Assembly (NCBI GenBank): GCA_964016885.1
Contig: OZ024742.1
Span: forward strand, 352,470,001 to 352,534,000
DNA: 64,000 bases
Direction: 5' to 3'
Source of the DNA: Eledone cirrhosa
Taxonomy: Eukaryota
The translations under genes were made by a program, and so were the position numbers. Every line of letters starts with the position of its first letter. Positions within the stretch are counted from its first letter, which is position 1. Shown here piece after piece: positions 40,262 through 54,527 of this stretch. Below the pieces are notes generated by a model. It saw only the letters and a list, made by a program, of their open reading frames with translations, was not told the origin of the DNA and did not search any database.

Positions 40262-40727
40262 TATAATATATATATATATATGTCTGTATAGATATATATA
40301 TATATATATATATATAGTATGAATGTATTGTACCTGTATTTTTGTATGTTTGTATGTGTGAACACTTTTTTGAGAAAGTGTTTACATGTGAACAAGTATT
40401 TGCGTGTTAATATTCGATGTTGCTTATTTTTCAGTGCAATATTGCAGATATGAAATTATGTATAAACTAACATAATAGTAATTCTAGTAATAAAAGAAAT
40501 ATGTTTATGGCTGTCTAACATATAGGAAACAATAGAAAAAATAGCAGAATAACATCTGTTAAACATATTTAATATATCACAGTATATTAAGTTTTGTTAC
40601 CTTAAAATTATACAAAATCAATGCTATGGAATTTTATATCAGTTTCTCATCGTAAATAAAATAAATATTGAGCGTAATAACAATAAATTTTCGTTAAAAG
40701 TGTTTATCGCTAAAATACAAGCGATAC

Positions 40728-40744
40728 AACTACTACTACTACTG

Positions 40745-40778
<34 letters not shown>

Positions 40779-40789
40779 AGCTGCTGCTG

Positions 40790-40862
<73 letters not shown>

Positions 40863-41040
40863 TAATACGACTGCTACCACCACCTCCACCACAACCACCA
40901 CTACTACTACTAATACTACTAGCACTGCTGCTAATATTACTCCTACTACAACTACTAATATTAATTTGACTACCTCTACTGATTTTGTTGTTGTTGCTGC
41001 TGCTACTACTACTACTAAACTGCTGCTGCTGCTGCTGCTG
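40728..41040. repeat. (CTA)n/(CTG)n low-complexity tract
   Basis: Direct inspection. Confidence 0.95.
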
Positions 41041-44000
41041 TAGAGTTTATCTCCGAACGGCAGTGCTCCCCGGTAGCACTGCCAAGCGAGGGATTTTTGG
41101 AAATTATCCATCGTCCTCTGCTCGAAAGTCCTCCGGTACAGACTGATTAGTTCGACTTCGTTGACTCTCAGAGCCTCTCCAAGTGCGTCGTCCCACTTGC
41201 CCACCACTAAGCCTCTATAGAACTCGAGAGTGGAAGTTCCACTGACCGCATTGTCCGTCTGGTAGAGGGCAGTGAGTGCTTGGCAACATTACACATGCCA
41301 GTCACCCAGTCTCGGTCTCTCATTGACCCAGGACTGCAACTCAGTCAAAGAAACGAGCTGCGGAAAGATCCGTCTGACAAACAGCGACCACACCTGTTCT
41401 CCGTTTAGGCAGAATATCTGGAGATGCCGCAGCCTCAGCGGATGCCTTCGCATCATTAGTCACGGCATGCCCAGCCCTCCACGTAGAGGGTGCTGGCAGC
41501 GGATGGACCGACTCACCAGCGGGACATGACCCTGCCAAGAATTTGAAGAGGAGCCGCTCCAAGATGGCAAGGCGCGAACGGGGCAAGGGACGACGGTCAG
41601 ACGGTAGTAGATGACGGACGCGAAATACGGGTTCGCCATCTCCGCCCGACCTTTCAGTGATAGCTTCATACCAGCCCATTTCTGGGTGAGACCGCTTACC
41701 CTGCCCGTCACCTCGTCCCAATTCTTATCCACCTGGAGGTCTGGCTCGAACCAAACCTCTATCAACTTTACCAGTCCGTCCGTCCAGCGCCTAACGACGC
41801 TGTTGGAAGACATGGACTTGCCTCTCTAGGTGCCGAGTTGCAAGCGCACTTACTTTTCCGGGTTAAATTTTGCTCCCGTTAACCTTTCATATTCCTCCAA
41901 TAAGTTGTCGAGCCCCTCGATTTCTGAGGTGTCCGACACCATCACGGTGATGTCGTCCGCATAAGCCGACACAGCTTTTCCGCGTCCCGGTTCGAGCGAG
42001 ATGCCCTGCAACAGCTCCAGCTTCCGCAGTAAAGGCTCGAGAGTCAATACATACAGAAGGGAGGAGAGAGGGCACCCTTGACGGACCGATCGGGAGACCT
42101 GAAACGGTTCCGAGAGGTGGCCATTAATGTTGACCATCGAGCAGGTGCCACTCTGTATTGCAGCGATCCAGCTTCTGAAGACGGGGCCGAAGCCATCCGC
42201 CTTGAGGACAGCCTCCAGGTACCGATGGTCGACTCTATCGAATGCTTTGGTTTGATCTAAATTGATCAGAGCCCCACCGAAGCCGGGTTTACACCCTACC
42301 CTCTCTATTTTGTATCGCATTAGGTAGACGTTGTCGTGAATAGACCTGGTTGGGATTGCGCAAGTTTGCGCCTCCCCAACTAGATACCCGACGGTAAGCG
42401 CCAATCTCTTCGCTAACACCCTGGCCAAAATCTTAAACTCTGTGTTAAGCAGAGTTATGGGCCTGAAATTGTCTAATGTGTCCTTCTTGTTATCGTCTTT
42501 CCTTATCTGCGTCACTACGCCCCGGCTCACAGAACTGGGAATACTCCCGTTTTAGTGCCAATTGCATAAGTCTGGCAAATTTAAGTAAAGCTCGTAGGGC
42601 CGACCATCCAAACCGGGTGACTTGCGCCTCATGCAGCTGACTAGCGCATCCTGAATCTCGGCTTAAGTAATTGTCCTTTCGCAGCGCCCGGTGTCAGCTA
42701 TCGAGAGTTACGGTAAGCCATCGAGGTAGGGACTGAAGTCCGCAACCATCTCTGACCCGCCACTTCCCCCGAACAACCGAGCAAAATGTTGGCGAAAGGT
42801 CTCACACATCCTCTTGGAATCGCTCAGCTCGTGTCCGTCTCGGTCCGTCAAAGACCGAATCGTGGTTTTATTACCAGGTTGCACCTCTGCCACGCGGGCC
42901 CATCGAAAAAAGCTTTGGTTCCCTCGTTTCTCAGAGCACGCGCCTTAGCTCTGACAATGCAAACTTCGTGTTTCACATTGAAGAAATTGTCTAATGCCAT
43001 TCTCACCGCTAGCACGTCAGTTGCAATGCCACTACCAATAGCCTCGTCTAACTTATCTGCCAACTCACCCTCCTTTCTATTTTTCTCAAACGCTACTTCT
43101 TTGCTAAACTCTATCAACATTACTCTAATCTCTCTGTTGAGAGCCCCCGACCATCTATTGCTGACGACTCCCCCTGTCAATTTTTCTTTACTAAATTGTT
43201 GACCTGGTCCCTGTAAGCATTACGTGCCGGAAATGATATGTTTAGATTCCAGTAACCAGGTACTAACCTACGCGTCTTATCTAGGTCAACCATACAGATC
43301 ACAAACTTCTGATCTGAATAGGCGACCGTTTCAAAACGTGGACAGCTTACACTATTTCGGTATATTTTCCTAATGAATATCCTGTCTATATACGATCAAG
43401 ATAACCCGATGCTGTTAGCCCAGGTCCACACTGGCGCATTAGGGAAATCTAGTCGGTACCTGTCAGAGAGTTGGAACTGGCTGATCAGGTCCTTGAGGCT
43501 TTTGCACAACCGTTCCTATCGGATACTCCCACACAGTCCCAGCGTGCGTCTGAGATGCCGTTCCAGTCCCCCGCTAACAGTAAAGGGCGAGACGTGCCCA
43601 GAAAGGCTTTCAGGCGTCTAAAAATGTCCGGCCGTCCTGCCCCAGTAGGATAATAGACGACCACCAGTCTAAAGGCACCACCTTCGTTATTGCTCACGTC
43701 CAGGACCACCAAATTCCCGTCCGGGTCCCGGAAGATCGACCTTACCTCCAGATCCAGGCCTTTCCTAAACAGCAATGCTGAGTCCGCCTCCCATTTCCAG
43801 CCGGCTAACAGATGCAAAGATCTGATAGTCGTCGAAAATGGGAGCTAGTGCGCGCGTGTCGGGATACCTGGTCTCGCTGACTGCGATTACATCCATTTCT
43901 AGAGACCTGAGGTCATTGAGCAGGTGACCCTGCTTCAGGACGATCCCAGGCCTTGAATATTTAAACATTCTACTCTTAATACGGCCATGTTGGCAGGTTA

Positions 44001-44440
44001 AAAAGAGAGAGAGGAAAACTTTACTTACCTTCCGGGATCTTGTGAAGTTCGGGTTGTTCGACCTCCATAGTTGGTGGGGATTATTTGGGGAACCCCTTTA
44101 TAAGTCTTGAAGCTGGTTTTACGTTCGGGGTTCCTACGTCCCGAGGAAAGCTGTCTCGTATTTCTTTGAATAATTCGATCGACATTCGCACCGGAACCAA
44201 ATCTACCGGCACGCGAAATGTGCTCGATTTAAAAATGTCCGCCTCTTTTTGTATATTTTCACTTCGTGCTACGAGGGCCATCAGTTCATTGTTGGCCCTC
44301 CTGACGAGCACGAAGTTTTGTATGTTTTGTTGGTGTGATTTTATTTGTTTGCGTGGCTGTAGTGGTGATGGTTTTGGTGGTGTTGTTTCAGTTGTGTCTG
44401 TGTTTGTTGTGAGTGCGGTGTCTGTGGTTTCACATGTTTG
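41039..44440 (-). mobile_element. Second L1/Tx1-clade LINE (divergent relative of 4312-10156), truncated at both ends
   Basis: ORF2 from ATG 43988 (MAVLRVECLNIQGL), GDWN, NFRPITLLN, QGCPLS, YADD, ending at GALPFGDKLY; ORF1 C-terminus 44020-44440; many stops and frameshifts. Confidence 0.9.
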
Positions 44441-44443
44441 TAG

Positions 44444-44500
<57 letters not shown>

Positions 44501-44718
44501 AGTATGTATGTATACGTACATACATATATGTATACAAACGTACAGTAGCATGCATATATATATACATACAGGTACACATATATACATATACGTATCACTT
44601 TAGCGAACGTTTATTATAACACCCGCTTTGTTCGTTTGTAAACAAGCGAACGGCCTGATTTATGCCGTACGGTGTTAAGGCAACCACGTCACCTTTTTGT
44701 TCAACACTGACACAGGAA

Positions 44719-44759
44719 CGACGTACTAGTTTCAAGCTTGTTAGCTATCATCAGCACCG
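44719..44759 (-). ncRNA. Type I minimal hammerhead ribozyme
   Basis: CGGTG-CTGATGA-T AGCT aaca AGCT T-GAAA-CTAG-TA-CGTCG. Confidence 0.88.
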
Positions 44760-44995
44760 TATACCCTTCTGCCAGATAGTTGAACGTTCGAAAGTATATA
44801 CTTTCCTCATGAAAATTAACGGCTGAGCAGCCTAATTTGCATATCGAGTGAGTTAAGTCGGCCAGGCGTACCGAAAACGATAAGTTGTAATATAATGAAA
44901 CGAAATTTCATTTCTCACTCTTAACACGGCACTTACTTAAATCTAAGTATGTATGTATACGCACATACATATATGTATACAGACGTACAGTAGCA

Positions 44996-45071
<76 letters not shown>

Positions 45072-45221
45072 CAGGTACACATATATATATGTACGTATCA
45101 GTTTAGTGAACGTTTATTATAACACACGCTTTGTTCGTTTGTAAACAAGCGAACAGCCTGATTTATGCCATACGGTGTTGAGGCAACCACGTCACCTTTT
45201 TGTTCAACACTGACACAGGAA

Positions 45222-45262
45222 CCATGTACTAGTTTCAAGCTTGTTAGCTATCATCAGCACCG
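45222..45262 (-). ncRNA. Type I minimal hammerhead ribozyme
   Basis: Same core; 3' strand of stem I is CATGG (one mismatch). Confidence 0.85.
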
Positions 45263-45317
45263 TATACCCTTCTGCCAGATAGTTGAACTGATACGTGCAT
45301 ATATGTATGTGTACCTG

Positions 45318-45375
<58 letters not shown>

Positions 45376-45440
45376 TATGCATGCTACTGTACGTCTGTAT
45401 TCATATATGTACGTATACATACATAAAAGAGTAAAGGGGC

Positions 45441-45507
<67 letters not shown>

Positions 45508-45512
<5 letters not shown>

Positions 45513-45750
45513 ATAAAAATAAATGTGAAGATTAAAATCTAAAGAGGGCTCGATAAGGATAAATATATATCAAATATATAAGAACCGTAGAGCAAATATT
45601 TATTAAAATAACAGATTAAAGTTTAAGCAGAGAATCGCTGCATTCACCCTTAACGGGATCTTCTGAAACTCAGAAGAGTTTCAGAAGATTCCGTTAAGGG
45701 TGAAAGCAGCGATTATGTGCTTAAACTTTAAGCTGTTATTTTAATAAATA
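45508..45750. mobile_element. Head-to-head fold-back of the Penelope-like 3' end
   Basis: Centre at gaaact-cagaag-agtttc (~45673); arms match 48389-48460 and 52478-52600. Confidence 0.85.
45677..45727 (+). ncRNA. Hammerhead-like motif, U4A core
   Basis: AGTTT-CAGAAGA-T TCC gttaa GGG T-GAAA GCA gcgattatg TGC TT-AAACT. Confidence 0.65.
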
Positions 45751-45901
45751 TATATATATATATATATATGCAAAGTTTTATTTAAATTGTTGGGTTAACA
45801 ACGAGTAAATATTTATAACTGATATAAAAGCACTCAACAAGAATAGAAGTCGAAGTTGAAAGGTATGTCGAATCTATCTATTTATAAGACTGTTTATATT
45901 G

Positions 45902-45967
45902 TATTTTGTCTGAAGAAGGCATAACATATTTTTAATATGATATCCCTGAAATATATATAATGAAATA
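45902..45967 (+). ncRNA. Type I hammerhead ribozyme with long stem II, within pLTR-like element 45769-46008
   Basis: TATTTTGT-CTGAAGA-AGGcATAaCATATT ttt AATATGaTATcCCT-GAAA-TATATA-TA-ATGAAATA. Confidence 0.8.
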
Positions 45968-46007
45968 AATATGATTTTATAAATATAGTTTCCATTTATT
46001 TAATATC

Positions 46008-46125
<118 letters not shown>

Positions 46126-46144
46126 CAACTAGAAATTGATTGAC

Positions 46145-46176
<32 letters not shown>

Positions 46177-46177
46177 A

Positions 46178-46615
46178 TACATACAGGGAAACATATATAT
46201 GTGTACGTATCAGTTTAGCGAACGTTTATTATAACACCCGCTTTGTTCGTTTGTAAACAAGCGAACAGCCTGATTTATGCCATACGGTGTTAAGGCAACC
46301 ACGTCACATTTTTGTTCAACACTGACACAGGAACGATGTACTAGTTTCAAGCTTGTTAGCTATCATCAGCACCGTATACCCTTCTGCCAGATAGTTGAAC
46401 GTTCGAAAGTATATACTTTCCTTATGAAAATTAACGGCTGAGCAGCCTAATTTGCATATCGAGTGAGTTAAGTCGGTCAGGCGTACCGAAAACGATAAGT
46501 TGTAATGTAATGAAACGAAATTTCATTTCTCACTCTTAGTACGGCACTTACTTAAATGTAAATATGTATGTATACGTACATACATATATGTATACTGACG
46601 TACAGTAACATGCAT
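46178..46615 (-). mobile_element. Hammerhead tandem repeat unit 3
   Basis: Close match to 44565-45000. Confidence 0.88.
46334..46374 (-). ncRNA. Type I minimal hammerhead ribozyme
   Basis: CGGTG-CTGATGA-TAGCTaacaAGCTT-GAAA-CTAG-TA-CATCG. Confidence 0.9.
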
Positions 46616-47463
46616 AACAACCTGGTAAAAAACGTTTCGTTGAGGCTTTCCCGTCTTTCCACCAACGAGCGTATTTTCAACGACCATTCCACTTATTACA
46701 ATGAAGCTCTTGGTCGAAGTGGATTTGTCGATAAGGTAGCATATACAGAGTACGAGAATAGACCTAGAAGAAATAGATCCCGTCGCATTTGTTGGTTTAA
46801 CCCACCATATAATATGGAGGTGGCCACACCATTAGCTAAGATCTTTCTTTCCCTTAGTACGAAGCATTTTCCCCCTACACATAAATATAGTAAAATTTTA
46901 CTAGAAACACTATTAAAATTTCTTACTCAACGACTCCTAACCTTGCACATAACATCACAGCTTCAAATTTAGCTAAAATACCTAGCCGTAGGAACACGTG
47001 CAACCCTGTAGTTAGTACTAACTGTAATTGTAGGAATCGGGCTGATTGTCCCCTATCCGGGAAATGCCTCTCTAGTAACATTGTCTACAAACGTAAGGTT
47101 GTAACACCCACGTCCCGTAGGGCCTACATAGGGTTAACCGCCAATAGTTTCAAGCAGCGTCTTTACATGCATACCCATTCTTTTCGTTACCCTCTAAGAA
47201 GGAATATGACGTCACTTTCAGCTTATATCTGGAGTATAAAAGACAACCACACCCAATATAAGTTACACTGAGAGATCCTAGCTAGGGCTAGATCGTATAA
47301 CGGAAATAAAAGACCATGTGACCTCTGCGCCGCTGAGGCCCTGGAAATACTCTACGCCACAGACCACATCTTAAACAAAAAATCTGAGGCAATTTCGGCT
47401 TGTAAACATAAATTGCACAAAACTTTCCTGTATTACAGCCCTACGTTATACCCTAACGGATAG
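46616..47463 (+). pseudogene. PLE RT-thumb/linker and GIY-YIG endonuclease, frameshifted
   Basis: Frameshift near 46898, in-frame TGA near 47269, stop TAG at 47461; the GIY-YIG part was translated by hand and is not in the ORF track. Confidence 0.85.
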
Positions 47464-48388
47464 CACGATCTATACGTGGATATTTACGTCTTGATGTGGG
47501 AGCTAAGTATATGTTTTGTTTATTCCTTTACTTTTTGCATAGGTAAGTATATATTACCCGTATGTTTTGTGAAGGTATGTATACCTTCTCGTACGTATAT
47601 TTGACTGTTTTGGCGTATAATTTTTACATATTCTGGTATTTAGGGCTTGGTTATGTGTATATCGGAGTTTTGAGTCTGCGTGAGTATGCAGGTTCGTACG
47701 TATGGTGGGTGTGCGTATATGTGTACTTCTTGTTTTAGTTGACTTACGTCTCCGAACCTTCATGTATTTATTTGTAGGTATGTGTGTGCGCTTGTTATAT
47801 ACGTATTTACTTACTTATATACGTTTATATAATTATTTATTTATTTGTACACAAGCATACACACATACACATATTTATATGTGCGTGGGTTTGTATACTT
47901 ATGGTAAGGTTTTGCGTATGCTTGTGTATGTACGTATCTGTTTGCGTGTATGTATTTATTTGTTCCTATTACTTCTGTATTGTATCTATTTACTTTGTTC
48001 TTAACTCTGTAGCGGAGATTCATTCGGTCTCCTAGTTAGAATTTTAGTCTACGACTTCTGCTATACCATTTACGTGGTTTTGTCTTTGCACGCTATTGTT
48101 CTCCACGCTCCACATATGACTTATTATCTTCGTTTTTTCGTTCATTGAAGCAGAACGTCTCTATGCACCACTTAGAGAACATTAGTCTACGACCTCTTTT
48201 ATACCATAAACGTGGTTCTGTCCTTGCACGTAATTGTTTTTCCCCTCTCCTATTAATGACGTAGTATTCGTTTTTTCCCGTTCTTTGCCAGCGAACGTCA
48301 CCATGAACCAAAGTATCGTCTTTCTGTCTTCCTCCGGTTGCAACGTTTTTTGAAATATCCAGTTCTGCGTTCACATATTGACTTTGTT

Positions 48389-48439
48389 AGTTTCAGAAGA
48401 TCCCGTTAAGGGTGAAAGCATCGATTCTTTGCTTAAACT
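48389..48439 (+). ncRNA. Hammerhead-like motif, U4A core, at the PLE 3' end
   Basis: AGTTT-CAGAAGA-T CCC gttaa GGG T-GAAA GCA tcgattctt TGC TT-AAACT. Confidence 0.7.
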
Positions 48440-48455
48440 TTAATCTCTTATTTTA

Positions 48456-48486
<31 letters not shown>

Positions 48487-48491
<5 letters not shown>

Positions 48492-48607
48492 GTACACATA
48501 TATATATGTAAGTATCAGTTTAGCGAACGTTTATTATAACACCCGCTTTGTTCGTTTGTAAACAAGCGAACAGCCTGATTAATGCCATACGGTGTTAAGG
48601 CAACCAT
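48487..48607 (-). mobile_element. Hammerhead tandem repeat unit 4, partial
   Basis: caggtacacata...tcagtttagcgaacg...ggcaacca resumes the array after the PLE. Confidence 0.85.
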
Positions 48608-48851
48608 ATATACTTTATATATATATATACTTTAAGGTAAATATTACCTATACTAGCTATGCGTGGTTACACGTGGGCTAAAATTATCTCTTGTGATTAT
48701 TCATGTATATTTATATGTTAATCAATTTCTAGTTATTATTGTATGCTCAGACCTATTTTAGAGCTTAATTTCCAGGATTTATGGCGCATGTTTATGACAT
48801 GACACCCAGAATTTCGTTTTGGATTAAATTCATTTAATTTATCTTAATTTC

Positions 48852-49537
<686 letters not shown>

Positions 49538-52476
49538 TCTACCTGGATTTGAAACCGATAGATATTATTACCAATTGGAAACATAAACATTGCTTCCTCG
49601 GTCTGATTTGACGGACGTCGATCGATAAAAAAGTATATATATCCCGTATAAATAGTTTCCAAGATGAATTCTTTCTCCTCTATAAATGGAACAATTGAGA
49701 TCGGTCACCCTGAACACTAAGGATGTGTCATCTTCGTTTCAGATGGATATCTGAAAACGTCAACCTGGCCTTTACGAAAGAGGAAAGTTTGTCACCTGTC
49801 ATCCACCTCCACCCACCACATTATACATACAGTATACACTATGCTTGCTTGCCTTTCTCTATTGAATGAGGATTTGCAATAGGATATCTGCTATTTAAAA
49901 TTGTGTTTACTCAACGTTGAATACTAATCAGAGCATTTTACTTGAAATCTGTTTTCAAAGTTTCATTAGGATGCTAAGTAATCCTTGATTTTTCTCGATG
50001 AATTAACGAAAGCCATAATCAGGAATTGCATTATACAATGAAATTAATTAGACTGGCATTGGTGACATTTAGCTTAAGGCTAAGCAGTATCCCATCTCAT
50101 TAATGAGCCTTTTGGTGATGAAAGCAGTTACAGTGTAGGAGTAATAGTTTGAACTTCATAGTTGAATGTGCATTCAAATAAGAAATATGTTTCTTTTGTG
50201 ATTCAATGATGATATGATTGTGGCTCTTTTAACGTAATTAGACACCAACACCATAATTGTCTCTGTGTATGTTAATCGTTTACAGTTTATTCGATTTTCA
50301 TTTCCTCAGCAATCATCAATAGAGGAAATATTACTTAACATTACATATTTTGCTGACGTCCACAGAATATATCACTGAATACCGTTATGGTTTTAAAGTT
50401 ACATGGATTCAATTATTCAGAATACAATTTGTCATTTAATATTTAGACGAATTTAAGTAAATTGCATATTCATCAGCACGTGCTGTAAAATTATCCTCGC
50501 TAATGCACTGTGTAGAATCAAGAAACGTTAATTCTTGAAACATAGGAATTGTAAATATGTATTTCTTTCATTGTAATCTATTATAAAACATGAAGTGTCA
50601 TGCATTACGTGGATACCAGGAAAATAGATTATCTAAAAATTGGAAGAAACATTTGATGATAGACGTTGCTTACGAGTAATTTAAAATAATAAGGCATTTT
50701 TTTCAGGAGCCTTTAGTGAGTGAAAACGTAGGCATTTTAATTATATGTCTGAAATAAAATGAAATGCAATTTGAATTGTAATTTATTTTGATATTTGATA
50801 TTCTTATAAATAACCTTTTTTTTCATTTAAGTCCCATACATTTTGCCACCTTGTCTGTGGATTTTCCAGAAACCTTCTTTCACACTCTTGCTACAAGCCA
50901 ATGGCCATTGACACCATTATATTATTGGCAGAGCCCGGTCTTTCAAAGTCCAGGAAAATACGGGGATTATTATATCAGTATAAACTTCATAGGCTAAGAT
51001 TAACTCGAATCCTGCTTGACAGATAACAAATCAACAATATTGTACTACCTGTCTCATGCGATGTTAATCGCCTCCACTACACATTGTCCTGTGCTCGAGA
51101 CAATTATTTTATTAATGTCACAATTGACGTCTATTTTTGATTACGCACTATGCAACTGGATTGAATGAGTTCTTGCTAGTGTTTGCTTGTAGTCAAAGGG
51201 AATATAAAGCCAACTCCTTTCACATAATTTTGTCAAACCTTCTTTATATTGTGTTAATATTCCATGTCTAAAGTTCGTCTCTTGAACATTCTTTTTACAA
51301 AAGTATAAACTATACCACTGAACAAATTCATGTTTAATTTTATTTCAAAAATGTTGTATCGTTGTATTTGATTGTTTTATGAAACAGACCAACGGTGCTT
51401 CAAATTGTTATTATGCGCATATGTGATTTTATTGTGCGTTAATTTTTACTGGAGAAAACATTAAATGAAGCGATTTCTTCTGTACGTCTCTGATCGGCAG
51501 GCGAATGCTGTAGGGAAAATCTAATTAACCATTAATTAAATATATTCACTAGTGCACAGATATCCAATATTTTGCTTATTTTAATCGACTGAACAAGCTG
51601 GCTGTAAATATAACAACGAATGTTATTTTGAGACCGCAAAACAGGCACCACGCCTTGATGCATTATTTCTGGTTTTACGCATGTAAACACATATTTATTT
51701 TATGTATCGGTTTGTAAACATATATTTCCATTCGATATATTAAAATATGATGTTCAGCTTATAGTTGGTTTATAAGACAGAGCTGCTCTTAATTTATATT
51801 TCTGCAGTAAATATAGTAAAAGTATTGATAGTGGATCGCTGTGAGTTTAAAGGAAACAAAAGTAGAAGAAATAACCCTCAGTCAGCATTATATCAAAACC
51901 ATGAGATAAGGCGATGTGCGAAAACGTCGTCTGGCGGGAGCAACACACTAGTCAGAAAAAAGAATGGAGAGGATGGAGAAAGTATTAGAAGTGAAGGTAA
52001 TACTTTAAACTAGACATTCTAACAATGAGGACTCACATATGATCAAATACTCCTGTTAGAAGCGGGTAAATATATAGTGCGTTGGTAAAGAACGTCGGAC
52101 TTCTCCAGCGCATGTTTTAAGACTTGGTGATATGTATATTTTAATACGAACATGTTATATCTTCTGTTTTCGGGCAAAATATTAAGTACCAAATAAACAA
52201 CATGTACGTCCTTGAATTGTAACCCGTAAACCTTCAGTACAAGACAGTAATATATATATATATATACCTTGGTTCACATAAGTGACCATCTTCAACTTCC
52301 AGTCTGATGTTTCTGTTGTCATGATATACAATCTTAGTTCACGTGTCTTCAATTTCATAATACAACTCCCACTTGTTCTGTGAATAATTTGAACATGGTG
52401 TTCTGGTAACAAACGGGATTATTGCTGATTCGACTCTGGCTATATACTTCATTGCAAATAGCTCTTTAAATTATTC

Positions 52477-52605
52477 CGATTCTTTGCCTAAACTTTAATC
52501 TGTTATTTTAATAAATATTTGCTCTATGGTTCTTATATATTTGATATATATTATCCTTATCGAGCGTTCTTTGGATTTTAGTCTTCAAATTTACTATTAT
52601 TACTA
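52477..52605 (+). mobile_element. 3'-terminal fragment of the PLE family at 46616-48460
   Basis: cgattctttgcctaaactttaatctgttatt...ccttatcgagc...ttagtcttca; reverse complement of 45508-45640. Confidence 0.85.
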
Positions 52606-52679
52606 TATATATAAACATATATAGATATGTAAATATAAATATATACGTATATATGTCTCTCTCTCCCTCTCTCTATCTA

Positions 52680-52763
<84 letters not shown>

Positions 52764-53168
52764 AAGGGCGCTGCGGAGTTGCAAATGGGTTACATATGAA
52801 ACAAGTTTGTCCTTCACCAGTGATCTTCCAACCATCATAGGCATTTCATCGCTTTAAAGACCATATACCTCCGGTTGGTGCGAGCAACGGCTAAAAAAAG
52901 TCGTTGGGACACATAAATAAAGGGGTCGCGAGGGTAAACAAACAAAATGGTGAAGCAACAGAAATTGAGGAAGTAAGAGACAAGTCCCAGATTTCTATGA
53001 ATTTAAGTTCGGTGAAATCATGAACGAGAGAATAAAGACCATCATACCTGGTTGAAATGTGAGCAAGGAAGGAATCTCGCACAGGTCTAATGGCAAGTGA
53101 GTTAGAAACTCAGAGTAGTCTCTTACAATTATATAGCTGTAAGAAAAAAAGCTTTTCCGAACCGTGTA

Positions 53169-53413
53169 ATATAATTGAATAAACAAGAGAGATGGACACT
53201 AATATAAACATATATGTGTTCGAATCGTCCAGTTGTTACCAGGCTTTTGCCCGATATAGGTTTGCTATTTGTCTTAATGTACTACTTAAAATTAAGTCTG
53301 ACAAACCATATTGCTGTAGTTAGTATTTTTTTATCCTAGCTAACCTAGACCTTACGATTCGAACAGATGCATGTTTATATTAGTGTTCATCTATCTTGTT
53401 TATTCAATTATAT
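53169..53413. repeat. Inverted repeat with ~60-bp arms
   Basis: taattgaataaacaagagagatggacactaatataaacat...gttcgaatcgt versus acgattcgaac...atgtttatattagtgttcatctatcttgtttattcaatta. Confidence 0.8.
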
Positions 53414-53434
53414 ATATATATATATGTATATATG

Positions 53435-53805
53435 AGCAAAAGTGATATTTAATTTGTTGGTAATTCAACAAATATATATGTTTATAACTGATTCGAAGCA
53501 TTCGACAGTTTTCCGGGAGTATAACATCAATGCTAAATGGAAACTATATATATAAAACCATATTTATTCTATTATATTTATTTCAAGGGTACCAACTTTT
53601 TAGTACGCTCTCATAAGATAAAATACAAAGTTTGTTTTATAAATATTGACATAACGAGGAAGATCTTAACGGTTCAAGTTTTTCCTGACTATCCAGGAAA
53701 AACATGAACCGTAAAGATCTTCCTGGTTATGTCAATATTTGAAATATATATAATAGAATAAATATGGTTTCCTAAATATAGTTTCCATTTATTTAATATC
53801 ATTGA
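53435..53805. mobile_element. Nested fold-back pLTR-like element related to 45769-46008, with a degenerate hammerhead (53565-53625, minus)
   Basis: Outer arms 53535-53585 / 53740-53790; inner hairpin 53641-53740. Confidence 0.75.
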
Positions 53806-53815
53806 TGTATGTATT

Positions 53816-53916
<101 letters not shown>

Positions 53917-54527
53917 ATTTGAATGGATACAGTTTAGTTGAAAGGAATTTATTGACACGTGTTTCTATAACAGTTACATAACCTGAAGATATATATACAC
54001 ATATATATATATATATATATCATTAATCAATAATGAAATGGCATATACATGCGGAAGGAACTTCTTAACATCAAAAACCTGAACGTTTGGACTAAATGTT
54101 AAGACGTTACTTTGAAGTGAGATGTGTTGAATAGCTGCGGGCCCAGAAGCTGAGCAAAACATGTCGTTAGCTGAATATGAAGTTATCGCTGTTATAAGAA
54201 ATTAATTAGTCAAATCACGTGTACTGCATATAGAATATCTTTGTTGCTTCTTACATTACATTGGCTAGCAGAAAAAACACCCTATGTATGCTTTTCTGCT
54301 AGCATGTGTAGTGTGTATATTGATATTATACACAGATATATATGCATGTAAATATGATACATCAAATAAAATCGTAATTGACAATATACACAGAAATTTA
54401 ACAAAGCCTATGTTACACTGTCTTCTGTAATCAGTAATCCATGATATATTAAAAAAAGACGACATTATATATAAACTGCATTAGCGACGGAAATATATTC
54501 GATTATAAGTGTTATAATATATCGGCG

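Larger units (their letters stand above)
44500..45424 (-). mobile_element. Tandem hammerhead-containing repeat (retrozyme/pLTR-like), units 1-2 plus an inverted terminal segment
   Basis: Unit begins at 44500 and again at 44945; 45288-45424 is an inverted copy of the unit's microsatellite-rich part. Confidence 0.85.
46616..48460 (+). mobile_element. Penelope-like element, 5'-truncated (RT C-terminus, GIY-YIG, long 3' region with hammerhead)
   Basis: WFNPPY linker, CNCRNRADCPLSGKC, NIVY...YIG, FKQR, CDLC..E, LNKKSE..CKH; AATAAA followed by (TA)n. Confidence 0.9.

Noticed and set aside
48651-48850. Possible second Helitron 3' end (actagctatgcgtggttacacgtggg)
   Set aside because: No matching 5' TC end or second copy could be identified
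52265-52476. Possible degraded GIY-YIG end with partial hammerhead (minus strand)
   Set aside because: Motifs too degenerate and the GAAA half is missing
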